A stretch of 64,000 nucleotides of DNA, from contig PLJD01000054.1 of assembly GCA_003140175.1 (NCBI GenBank), forward strand, positions 1,294-65,293. The letters are read 5' to 3'. Below, piece after piece: positions 45,668 to 54,508 of this stretch. The notes beneath the pieces are model-generated. The model was not told where the DNA came from, did no database searches, and saw nothing but the letters and a program-made list of their open reading frames with translations. This stretch comes from Actinomycetota bacterium. GTDB lineage: Bacteria > Actinomycetota > Acidimicrobiia > IMCC26256 > PALSA-555. Made by a program: the position numbers and the translations under genes. Every line of letters begins with the position of its first letter. Position 1 is the stretch's first letter.

Positions 45668-46892
45668 GCCGACTGCGTCCGAGTCGCGCCAGCCGCTGAG
45701 CGGGGTCCGTGTCGTCGCGTTGGGTGCATTCGTGGCCGGCAACGTCTGTCCGCTTGTCCTCGCCGAGCTCGGAGCAGACGTGGTGAAGATCGAGTCACGG
45801 CAGCGCCCCGAGTCGCTTCGGTCGTACTTCTCGCCGGATCACGACGTGATCCTCGAACCCTCCGGGATCCAGACCACGGCGATGTTCTCGTGCCTCACGA
45901 GGAGCATGCGCAGCGTCTGCGTCGAGGCAGACCAACCCGGTGGCGTCGCCACGCTCCGTTCGCTCGCCCGGCGGGCCGACATCCTGATCGAAAACATGGG
46001 GCCGGGGGTGATGGAGCGGTGGGGCTGCTCATACAGTGAGCTCGCAGCCGAGAACCCCCGGTTGGTGATGCTCTCGATCTCCGGGTACGGGCGCAGCGGT
46101 CCACGCGGTGACTACCGGGCGTATGGCTCGAGCATCGCCAACTACCTCGGGTTGGCGAGCGTCTGGGCGCACGATGGCGTTCATTTTGACTTCGTCGCCG
46201 CCTACCACGGGGCTCTTGTCGCGCTCGGCGCGTGGGCGCGTGCGGCCCGTACGGGTCTCGGCACCTATCTGGACCTGTCGCAGGTCGAGTCGGGCATGGC
46301 ACCAATGGCGCCCTTGTACCTCGACGCGCTCGTGAACGGTAGACCGTGGTCGTACGGACCGAACGAGGTGCCGGGCGCGGTGCTGTCCGCAGCCGTCCGT
46401 TGCGCAGGAGAGGATGCCTGGGCTGCCGTGGAGATCGAGGACCTTGACGACCTCCGAGTGCTTGCCGACGTGCTCGATCGACCGGAGCTGGTGGCATCGA
46501 ACGACGACGACGCCCGTGCGGTTGCGGCCGATGCGCGCGCGTGCCTCGAGGAGTGGGCGAAGACACTCACCCCGATGCAGGTGAGCTTCAAGCTGCAGCA
46601 AGCGGGCCTGGCCGCTGCTCCCGTGCAGAACACAGAGGATCTGTGGCGCGATCCTCAACTTCGTGCGCGAGCCGCGTTCGTAGAGATCGAGCATCCGGAC
46701 GTCGGCCTGCTGGAGCACCCCGAGTCGCCTGACCGGATGTCGGTAACTCCCGGTCGCGTCCGCGGTCGCGCTCGACGGCTGGGTGAGGACACCGTCGCGG
46801 TGCTTGAGGAGTGGCTCGACCTGGACGGAGCCGAGATCGAGGCGCTGCGACGCGGCGGCGCCGTCTTTCAGGTCGACGACGCGGGTACCTAA
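45630..46892 (+). CDS. Family III CoA-transferase (CaiB/BaiF type)
   Basis: VRVVALGAFVAGNVCPLVLAELGADVVKIE. The start is uncertain (45630 or GTG at 45654) and overlaps the upstream gene. Confidence 0.8.
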   Translation: MSSRNGALVVSSEPTASESRQPLSGVRVVALGAFVAGNVCPLVLAELGADVVKIESRQRPESLRSYFSPDHDVILEPSGIQTTAMFSCLTRSMRSVCVEADQPGGVATLRSLARRADILIENMGPGVMERWGCSYSELAAENPRLVMLSISGYGRSGPRGDYRAYGSSIANYLGLASVWAHDGVHFDFVAAYHGALVALGAWARAARTGLGTYLDLSQVESGMAPMAPLYLDALVNGRPWSYGPNEVPGAVLSAAVRCAGEDAWAAVEIEDLDDLRVLADVLDRPELVASNDDDARAVAADARACLEEWAKTLTPMQVSFKLQQAGLAAAPVQNTEDLWRDPQLRARAAFVEIEHPDVGLLEHPESPDRMSVTPGRVRGRARRLGEDTVAVLEEWLDLDGAEIEALRRGGAVFQVDDAGT

Positions 46893-47338
46893 GCGGGAGT
46901 GGACGAGCCTTCGAGCGTCTCGACCGGATGGCCCTCGAACGACTCGACTGCTTCCCAGAGCGCCGCCCGGATCGGCGCCGCTCGGCCCGTCTCGGGATCG
47001 ACGCTCGCCATCACGACCCACGACGTGGCGACGAGCCTGGCCGTCGTCGCATCCCAGAGGGCTTCCTCAAGCACGTACGAACGCCGAGTCCGATGGAGGG
47101 CTCGGACGCCGCGGACTAGCCGGTCGCCGCCGTGGCACTCGCTCTCGAACGACGTGGTGATCTTGCGAACAGCGACACCGTGGTCGTCGCCGGCGGCATC
47201 CCGGACGAGCGCGACGTACTGCTGCCACCCACGAGAGAGCAGCTTCTGGATCTCGAAGTCGACGACGTGCGCACCCGGAGGCTGCGTATCCTCCGGCGCG
47301 ACGACGTCCTCGATCAGCGAAAAGGCAGCCACATCCAC
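46889..47338 (-). CDS. Hotdog-fold acyl-CoA thioesterase-like protein
   Basis: 149 aa with a 4HBT/YbgC-like layout (..VAVRKITTSFESECHGGDRL..). Convergent 4-nt overlap with the CoA-transferase gene. Confidence 0.6.
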   Translation of the reverse strand: MDVAAFSLIEDVVAPEDTQPPGAHVVDFEIQKLLSRGWQQYVALVRDAAGDDHGVAVRKITTSFESECHGGDRLVRGVRALHRTRRSYVLEEALWDATTARLVATSWVVMASVDPETGRAAPIRAALWEAVESFEGHPVETLEGSSTPA

Positions 47339-47455
47339 TCTGAGAGCGTACGCAGTACCTCGGTGCCGACCTCATGGCGGCTGTCCAACTGGGGCGCCAG
47401 GTGGGCAACAGGTCTGTGCGACAGTTGCCTACCCGGGCGAATCGCGAGGCGAGTC

Positions 47456-48322
47456 ATGGTCGAACTGACAACTCTGGCGAGCGGGCTGGGTTTCGTCGAG
47501 GCGCCCCGATGGCACGAGGGCCGACTGTGGTTCTCCGACTTCTCGTCACGGACCGTCAACTCCGTCGACGAGTCGGGTGAGGTTCGCAGGCACGCCTACG
47601 TGGCAGGCCAGCCGTCGGGCCTCGGGTTCACACCGGACGGCGAGCTGCTCGTGGTTTCGACGCACGAAGGGCACGTCCTCCGCATCGACGACGAGGGCAC
47701 GACGCTCGTCGCAGACATCGGTGCGATTTACCGAGGCGGCCTCAACGACATGATCGTCGACGATCGTGGACGAGCCTATGTGTCGGCCTTCCCCGCCCAC
47801 GTCCCCGGGCAGCGGACCGGCCAAGTGCACGGCGAGCCGTCGGTGCCGCTGTTCCTCGTCTCCCCCGATGTCGGCGCGCAGGTGGCGGCGGAGGGCCTCG
47901 CCGTCCCGAACGGGATGGCGCTCGGTCACGACGGTGCGATGCTGGTCGTCGCCGAGACGCTAGGGCGACGGCTCACGGCGTTCGACGTCGCCAACGACGG
48001 CACGTTGACTGGCCGTCGGGTATTCGCTGACCTCGGCGAGCGGAGGCCCGACGGCATCTGCATGGACCCGTCCGGGGCGATCTGGGTCGGTTGTCCGTTC
48101 ACCTCGGAGTACGTGCTGGTGCAGGAGGGCGGCACCATCCTCGCGACTATTGCGACACCCGACCGCTGGGCCGTGTCCTGCGCGCTGGGGAGCGCCGACG
48201 GCGGGACGCTGTGGTGTGCCACCGTCGCGGTGACGTTGGACGAGTATCGGCAGGGTGGCGGGCGAGGAGCCATCGAGAGGTGCCGGCCGGGGGACAACGT
48301 CCCGGCGTCAGGCGCGCGCTAG
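47456..48322 (+). CDS. SMP-30/gluconolactonase/LRE-like beta-propeller protein
   Basis: ATG at 47456. GLGFVEAPRWHEGRLWFSD, ..PSGLGFTPDG.., ..LNDMIVDDRGRAYV.., ..PNGMALGHDG.., ..PDGICMDPSGAIW.. are repeated propeller-blade motifs. Confidence 0.75.
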   Translation: MVELTTLASGLGFVEAPRWHEGRLWFSDFSSRTVNSVDESGEVRRHAYVAGQPSGLGFTPDGELLVVSTHEGHVLRIDDEGTTLVADIGAIYRGGLNDMIVDDRGRAYVSAFPAHVPGQRTGQVHGEPSVPLFLVSPDVGAQVAAEGLAVPNGMALGHDGAMLVVAETLGRRLTAFDVANDGTLTGRRVFADLGERRPDGICMDPSGAIWVGCPFTSEYVLVQEGGTILATIATPDRWAVSCALGSADGGTLWCATVAVTLDEYRQGGGRGAIERCRPGDNVPASGAR

Positions 48323-48337
48323 GGGAAGGTGCGAAGC

Positions 48338-49084
48338 ATGGAGCTCGACTTCAGCGGCCTGGGCTTCCAGCGGGACGAGGTTGCCGTCGTGACCGGTGCC
48401 GGGAACGGCATCGGACGCGCGACCGCACTGATGCTGGCACGAGCGGGCGTCACGGTCGCCGCATGGGACCTCGACGAGGAGGGGCTGGAAGCCCTCAGCA
48501 AGGAGATCGACGGGATGGGAGGTCACGCTCACCTCGAGAGCGGAGACCTCGCCGACCAGCGGTTCGTCGACCACGCCTGGCAGCAGGCGGCGCAGATCGG
48601 GGAGCCCGTTCGATATCTCGTGAACAACGCCGGTCCCGCGGCCACGACTGACATGACGGTCAGCGAGGGAATCCAGGTCGCGATCGGTTCGTATGCCGCG
48701 GTCGCTGAAGGCTTCGTCGCGACGTCGGGGCAGGCGGCGGCGAGTATGACGTTCACCGCATCGATCGCCGGCACCTTCTACGTTGGCCCGACGCCTGACT
48801 GGTACCCGACCGCGAAGGCGGGCATCGCTGGGCTCATGAGACATCTCGCGGTCAAGCATCGTGGCCACCCGAGGTCCAACGGCGTCGCGCCCGCCGCCAT
48901 CCGGACCCAACGAACCGCGGATCCGCCGGCGACGTTCGCGGAGAAGATCGCGCGGCGTCCGCTCGGTCGAATCGGCGAACCGGAAGAGGTCGCTGCGCTC
49001 ATCTGCTTCCTGCTCTCGCCCGCCGCCTCGTTCATCAACGGTGTGCTGGTGCCGGTTGACGGAGCAGCGACGTGGACCGACTAG
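48338..49084 (+). CDS. SDR-family oxidoreductase
   Basis: VTGAGNGIGRATA cofactor motif and NNAG. A YPTAKAG (YxxxK) is present. Confidence 0.8.
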   Translation: MELDFSGLGFQRDEVAVVTGAGNGIGRATALMLARAGVTVAAWDLDEEGLEALSKEIDGMGGHAHLESGDLADQRFVDHAWQQAAQIGEPVRYLVNNAGPAATTDMTVSEGIQVAIGSYAAVAEGFVATSGQAAASMTFTASIAGTFYVGPTPDWYPTAKAGIAGLMRHLAVKHRGHPRSNGVAPAAIRTQRTADPPATFAEKIARRPLGRIGEPEEVAALICFLLSPAASFINGVLVPVDGAATWTD

Positions 49085-50304
49085 TGGACGGGAGCGGTGG
49101 CGTGGACGCGTGGATGTTCGACGCCGACAACCACTACTACGAGGCAGAGGACGCGTTCACTCGCCACGGTGACGCCGCGGTCAAGGGGTACGTGCGGTGG
49201 GTCTCGAACGGGCACCGGCGCTACATCATGTTCGGCCCACGCATGGCGACGAGTCTGCCGAACCCCACGTTCGATCCGATCGCGAAACCCGGCGTCTTCC
49301 ACGACCGGTTGATCGAGCTGGAGTCCGGCAACGGGAACCGCGCGCTCTCGAGGGCGGCGAAGCAGCGGTACGGCGAGCTCGAGCCCATCGCGCCCGCGTA
49401 TCGGGACCGTGACGTTCGCCTGCGGATGATGGACGAGCAGGGCGTCGACCGGTGCCTGCTGTTCCCGACGCTCGGGGTCGGGGTGGAAGGGCTCATGAGC
49501 CACGACGTGGAGATGGCCTACAAGGTCTTCCACGCCTTCAACCTCTGGCTCGACGATGACTGGGGCTACGCGTACAAGAACCGGATCCACGCGGCGCCGC
49601 ACATCCCGCTGCTCGACCCGCAGCTGGCGGCCCGGGAGCTCGACGCGGTGCTCGGGCGCGGCGCGGCGCTGATCGCACTCAGGCCCGGTCCCGCGAACGG
49701 TCGGTCCCCCGCCGACCCGGTGTGGGATCCCTTCTGGGCGCGAATCGACGAATCCGGCGTTCCCGTGGCGTATCACGCGTCCGCGGGCCCCGACGACTAC
49801 GACGTCGCGTTCCGGCATCTCTGGGAGCGACAGCAGGTGACCGACGTGCGGTACCAGGCCACCCTGGCTGCAGCGCTGCGAGACTCGCGCGGGATCCTCG
49901 ACACGGTCCTCGCGCTGATCCTCGGCAACCTGTTCGGTCGCTTCCCGAACGTGCGGGTCTCTTCGGTCGAGCTCGGGTGTGCGTGGGTGCCCTACTGCCT
50001 CCACGTGCTCGACCATGCGGGCACGCTCCTCGACCGGAACATCGTCGCGTTCGGGTCGGCCGTCGACGACCGTCCCTCGGACATCTTCAAGGCCCGGGTG
50101 AGCGTCTCACCGTTCCCGGAGGAGGACGTCCTCGCCTTGATCGATCTCATCGGCGTCGATCGAGTGCTCTTCGGCTCGGATTGGCCGCATCCAGAGGGCA
50201 ACAAAACGCCGCGCGACTACGTCGCGTGCCTGCAAGGTGCTGCACCCGAGGTGGTCCGGAAGGTGATGCGTGAGAACGCACTCGCCCTCTTCGGTGTCGC
50301 TTGA
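49072..50304 (+). CDS. Amidohydrolase_2 family protein
   Basis: MFDADNHYYE N-terminal metal motif and a late LFGSDWPHPEG. The true start is probably 49102 or 49114. Confidence 0.8.
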   Translation: MDRLVDGSGGVDAWMFDADNHYYEAEDAFTRHGDAAVKGYVRWVSNGHRRYIMFGPRMATSLPNPTFDPIAKPGVFHDRLIELESGNGNRALSRAAKQRYGELEPIAPAYRDRDVRLRMMDEQGVDRCLLFPTLGVGVEGLMSHDVEMAYKVFHAFNLWLDDDWGYAYKNRIHAAPHIPLLDPQLAARELDAVLGRGAALIALRPGPANGRSPADPVWDPFWARIDESGVPVAYHASAGPDDYDVAFRHLWERQQVTDVRYQATLAAALRDSRGILDTVLALILGNLFGRFPNVRVSSVELGCAWVPYCLHVLDHAGTLLDRNIVAFGSAVDDRPSDIFKARVSVSPFPEEDVLALIDLIGVDRVLFGSDWPHPEGNKTPRDYVACLQGAAPEVVRKVMRENALALFGVA

Positions 50305-50318
50305 CCAAGGAGAAGACG

Positions 50319-50519
50319 ATGCGGGTTCACATCGACGCGAAGGTCTGCGAGGGGCACGGGCGATGCTACGTCCTGTCGCCTCTGGTGTTCGCGGCCGATG
50401 AGGAGGGCAACGGCGAGGTGCTCGTGGAGGAGCTCGACTCGCCGGACCTGATCGCGGCCGCCGACCTTGCGTCGAAGAACTGTCCGGAAGGTGCGATCAC
50501 GGTCTCGGACGGCGCATAG
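50319..50519 (+). CDS. Small ferredoxin (P450-associated 3Fe-4S/4Fe-4S type)
   Basis: ATG at 50319 after AAGGAG. MRVHIDAKVCEGHGRCYVLSP...KNCPEGAITV shows a CxxxxxC....C-P cluster-ligand pattern. Confidence 0.75.
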   Translation: MRVHIDAKVCEGHGRCYVLSPLVFAADEEGNGEVLVEELDSPDLIAAADLASKNCPEGAITVSDGA

Positions 50520-50706
50520 CGCTGCGGTCCCGGTGATACTCCTCAGTTAGACGCGTCTCGGTCTTGCAGCCCATATTCGACTGTTACCTTCCGACTGTGG
50601 AAGGGCGCTCCGCGTTGATGCCTTGGCCTCGAACGAAAAGATCTACCTTCCGACACATTCCTTTGATGCTTGGCGTTTTGCCATGCACATCGAGAGAGGT
50701 CGCTTC

Positions 50707-51984
50707 ATGATCGAGGTCGAACTCGAGTACAAGATCCTCGACGCAGATAATCACTTCAACGAGCCGCTCGACTGCTACGAGCGGTACATCGACCCGAAGC
50801 TCCAGCATCTAGCGATCCGCCATGTCGACGGCCCGGACGGCAAGCCGATTCAGCTGTTTGCGGGGCGACCTTCACGGTTCTCGACCGAGCAGGTCATCTA
50901 TTCGGCTGATGAGCTCCAGAAGATGCTGGGCTCCAACCCGACGCACGAGATCGAACCGACGGTCGCTCCGGGAATCTTCCTGAACCGCATGAACTCGATG
51001 CGCGGCCTCTCGGACGAGGAGAAGTCGGAGCTTCTCGCCACCTTCCGCGATCAGCGGGAGTCGTACGGGAACCGCGATCTGCGGCTGGCCTTGATGGATG
51101 AGCAGGGGATTGAGGCGGCGCTGATGTTCCCCGCGTCCGCCCACGACATCGAGTACGAGTTCGCCGACAACGTCGAAGCGTTATACGCGAATGTCCGAGC
51201 CTTCAATCGCTGGATGCACGACGAGGTGGGCTTCGCGTACCAGAGCAGGCTCTACCTCCCGCCGTACATCCCCCTCGCCGACGTCGATCTCGCCGTCGTC
51301 GAACTGGAGACGGTGCTCGAGCAGGGTGCGCCTGTCGTACAGCTCAAGGCGGGCCACGCGCACGGTGGCGCAGCGAATCCAGACGGCGGCAGGTCGGTCG
51401 CCGATCCGATGTTCGACCCGATCTGGGCCCGGATCAACGAGGCGGGGATCCGGGTGTCGACGCACCTTGGCGGCACCGACTACCAGAAGTACGGCGCGGA
51501 CTGGTCGGAGGACCCGGAGGCGACGTTCGGCCAGTTCGACGCTTTCCAGTGGGCCATGTACTGGGGGGACCGGCCGGCCATGGAGTTCACTGCCGGCACG
51601 ATCCTCCACAACCTCTTCGGACGCTTCCCGAACGTCAAGGTCTGTCTCGCGGAACAAGGAACGGTCTGGCTTCCGTACACCCTGCGGAAGGCGGACCACG
51701 CGTTTCTGATGGGTCGGAAGGGAAAGTGGGGCGACCTCGGCCGCCGGCCCTCCGAGATCTTCCGTGAGCACTTCGTTGTGGCGCCCTTCCCGGAGGAGAA
51801 CGTCCGTCGCGTCGTGGACGAGGTCGGCATCGACTCGATCGTGTTCGGTTCGGACTTCCCGCACGGTGAAGGCCTCGCCTGGCCGAAGCAGTATGTCCCG
51901 AACCAGCTCGGCGGGTTCAACGACGACGAGACGCGCAAGATCATGCGCGACAACCTGGCCGGCTTCCTCAGACTGGCGGCCTGA
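50707..51984 (+). CDS. Amidohydrolase_2 family protein
   Basis: ATG at 50707. KILDADNHFNEP and a late VFGSDFPHGEG. It is a paralogue of 49072-50304. Confidence 0.8.
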   Translation: MIEVELEYKILDADNHFNEPLDCYERYIDPKLQHLAIRHVDGPDGKPIQLFAGRPSRFSTEQVIYSADELQKMLGSNPTHEIEPTVAPGIFLNRMNSMRGLSDEEKSELLATFRDQRESYGNRDLRLALMDEQGIEAALMFPASAHDIEYEFADNVEALYANVRAFNRWMHDEVGFAYQSRLYLPPYIPLADVDLAVVELETVLEQGAPVVQLKAGHAHGGAANPDGGRSVADPMFDPIWARINEAGIRVSTHLGGTDYQKYGADWSEDPEATFGQFDAFQWAMYWGDRPAMEFTAGTILHNLFGRFPNVKVCLAEQGTVWLPYTLRKADHAFLMGRKGKWGDLGRRPSEIFREHFVVAPFPEENVRRVVDEVGIDSIVFGSDFPHGEGLAWPKQYVPNQLGGFNDDETRKIMRDNLAGFLRLAA

Positions 51985-51986
51985 CG

Positions 51987-52337
51987 GTGGGCGGCGTCGG
52001 ATGGATCTATACGTTCTGGGCGGACCCCGAGAAGGACGACGAGATCGTCCGCATCATGAACGAGATCTTCGAGGCAATGGAGGAGGAGGAGTTCCCCACG
52101 GGAAACGTGATCACCTACACGCTGTATCGGGTGCCTGAGGAGCCCGGGAAGTGGGTGATGTTTGAGCACTTCACGCAAGAAGGCTCTGACCTCCACGCCA
52201 AGGGGCCGCGTGTCCGCGAGATTGGGTTGCGCAAGCTCGAGCTGATGGTGAAGCCATACACGCGGATGCAGCTGGAGCCAGTGCTGATCAGGGGCTGTGG
52301 CGAGCCCATCAACGCGAGCAAGGGCGACGATGGATGA
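51987..52337 (+). CDS. ABM-like (dimeric alpha/beta-barrel) small protein
   Basis: 116 aa. ..YTLYRVPEEPGKWVMFEHFTQEGSDLHAKGP.. resembles antibiotic-biosynthesis-monooxygenase-fold proteins. ATGA-coupled to the P450 gene. Confidence 0.5.
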   Translation: MGGVGWIYTFWADPEKDDEIVRIMNEIFEAMEEEEFPTGNVITYTLYRVPEEPGKWVMFEHFTQEGSDLHAKGPRVREIGLRKLELMVKPYTRMQLEPVLIRGCGEPINASKGDDG

Positions 52338-53506
52338 CCACCGCTCCCGAACGCTCGCCGGTGCAGCAGTTCACGATGCTGGCCGGCGTCCAGTCTGAGG
52401 ATCCGTTCGAGGTCTACGCGCGCGTTGGTTGCGTCCCGCCGTTCTGGACCGACAACCCAAATGACGTCGATGGCTTCTGGGTCGTTACGCGCTACTCAGA
52501 TGTGCGCGCCGTGCTCCAGGACGCGGACTCCTTTTCTTCTGTCGAGGCGTTCATCCCCAAGATCGCGATGCCAAACCCGATGCTGCCGACGGAATCGGAT
52601 CCGCCCGCAACCAGGAAGTACCGCAGCATCCTTCTCCCGGAGATGACTCCGGAAAAGATCGATCCACTTGAACCGCGGATGCACGCCGTGTGTGCCGAAA
52701 TCATCGACTCGTTCCGGGATCGCGGCCACTGCGACGTCGTGTCAGACTTCGCCCGGGAGTACCCCATCCGGATCTTTGTGGAGTTCTTCGGGCTTCCGCC
52801 GGAGCGGCGCGAGGAGTTCAGGGGGCACGCGCACACATTCCTGCACTCGCCTCCGCAGCGCCCGACCGAGTGGACCGCGATCCGAACGATCGTCAAGGAG
52901 GAGCTGTCCGCTAAGCGCGAGTCGCCGGCACGTGATCTACTGAGCTCGATCGCCAACGGGCAGATCGACGGCGAGCTCATCGATATCGAGAGCGCGACAA
53001 ACGTTGCCGCGACCGTGTTCCTCGGAGGTCTCGACACATTGCCGTCGAACATCGGCTGGTCCCTGGGTTTCCTGGCGTCTCATCCCCAGATGCGCAGACG
53101 GCTGATCGAGGACCTGAGCGTCATTCCGCACGTCGTCGAGGAGTTTCTCCGCTTCTACTCGGTCGCTAACCCGGTGCGACGTGCGAGCCGGGACATCGAA
53201 GTGGGTGGCTCGCTGATCCGCCAGGGCGACCGGCTCTTTCTCATCGCGGGGCGGGCGGATCGCGACGATGCCGAGTTCGAGGAGGCCAGTTGCGTGCGAT
53301 TCGACCGAGGCGTCAACCGTCACCTGGCGTTCGGCGCCGGCGCACACCGGTGTCTGGGCTCCCACCTCGCCCGTCACGAGCTCGCCGTTGCACTGGCCGA
53401 ATGGCACGAGCGCATCCCGGAGTACCGGATCCCCGAGGACGTCGAGGTGTCGTTCCACGGCGGCGTGCTCGCGATGGGCTCGCTTCCCCTGGTCTGGGAC
53501 GTCTGA
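52334..53506 (+). CDS. Cytochrome P450
   Basis: Heme loop FGAGAHRCLGSHLARHE, plus GGLDT (I-helix) and EEFLRF (ExxR). Confidence 0.9.
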   Translation: MTTAPERSPVQQFTMLAGVQSEDPFEVYARVGCVPPFWTDNPNDVDGFWVVTRYSDVRAVLQDADSFSSVEAFIPKIAMPNPMLPTESDPPATRKYRSILLPEMTPEKIDPLEPRMHAVCAEIIDSFRDRGHCDVVSDFAREYPIRIFVEFFGLPPERREEFRGHAHTFLHSPPQRPTEWTAIRTIVKEELSAKRESPARDLLSSIANGQIDGELIDIESATNVAATVFLGGLDTLPSNIGWSLGFLASHPQMRRRLIEDLSVIPHVVEEFLRFYSVANPVRRASRDIEVGGSLIRQGDRLFLIAGRADRDDAEFEEASCVRFDRGVNRHLAFGAGAHRCLGSHLARHELAVALAEWHERIPEYRIPEDVEVSFHGGVLAMGSLPLVWDV

Positions 53507-53658
53507 CAGTCCGCTCCGGCGCAACAGGCGCCCGAGTCCGTTCCGGTCCACCCCGGTCGGCTCCTGACCGCGGTTTTCGGACTCGGTTGGACGGGGCGCG
53601 ACCCGCGAGCACTCGCCAAACTGATATATGTTAGAACCGGATAGGGGGGAGTTCCGCA

Positions 53659-54471
53659 GTGACGGCTGTAGATTGCGAGTTCGACGGCGCGCCGGCCAAC
53701 GACCCTGGCCCGGCGCTCTCGCTCACCGACGTCACGGTCCGTTTCGGCGGAATCACCGCCCTCGAAGACGTCAGCCTGAGCGTCGAGGCAGGAGAGGTTC
53801 GGGGCCTCATCGGCCCGAACGGAGCCGGCAAGACGACGCTGTTCGATGTCATCTCGGGGGTGCGGGCGCCGGACTCCGGACGGGTCATCCTGGCCGGCGA
53901 GGACGTGACACGCCGTTCCTCGATCTCCCGCTCCCGGCTCGGCCTCCGGCGCACCTTCCAGCGGGTCCAGGCGTTCGGCTGGCTCACCGTCGAGGACAAC
54001 GTCCTGACCGCCCTCGAGTGGCACGGCGGGGGCGGCGGTCTGGCCGCCGACCTGGTGTCCCTCCCGACCCGCCGCCGACGGGAACGGGAACGGCGAGCCC
54101 GGGTCGCCGAGGTGCTGGAGCTGTGCGGTCTGACCGCGATGCGAGGAGAGCTGGCGGGGTCACTGCCGATTGGCCTGGCCCGCATGATGGAGCTGGCCCG
54201 TGCCATCGTGGACCGCCCGCGGGTGCTGTTGCTGGACGAGCCGACCTCGGGCCTCGATGAGACCGAGGCCACGCGGCTGGGCGAGCGAATCCAGGCCATC
54301 CGTCGCGACGAGGCGTGCGCGGTGCTCCTCGTCGAGCACGACGTCGGGTTCGTGATGCAGCACTGCGACCGCATTGTCGTGCTTGACCTCGGGCAGGTGC
54401 TGACGGTCGGAGCGCCACACGAGGTGCAGTCCAACCCCGCGGTGCGCGCCGCGTACCTGGGTGAGGACTGA
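53659..54471 (+). CDS. Branched-chain-amino-acid-type ABC transporter ATP-binding protein (LivG-like)
   Basis: Walker A GPNGAGKTT, a signature-like LPIGLARMMELA region, Walker B LLLDEPTSGLD and the terminal NPAVRAAYLG. Confidence 0.85.
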   Translation: MTAVDCEFDGAPANDPGPALSLTDVTVRFGGITALEDVSLSVEAGEVRGLIGPNGAGKTTLFDVISGVRAPDSGRVILAGEDVTRRSSISRSRLGLRRTFQRVQAFGWLTVEDNVLTALEWHGGGGGLAADLVSLPTRRRRERERRARVAEVLELCGLTAMRGELAGSLPIGLARMMELARAIVDRPRVLLLDEPTSGLDETEATRLGERIQAIRRDEACAVLLVEHDVGFVMQHCDRIVVLDLGQVLTVGAPHEVQSNPAVRAAYLGED

Positions 54472-54508
54472 AGTGAGAATCACACCTAGCCAAGCACAAG
54501 GGGGAACC

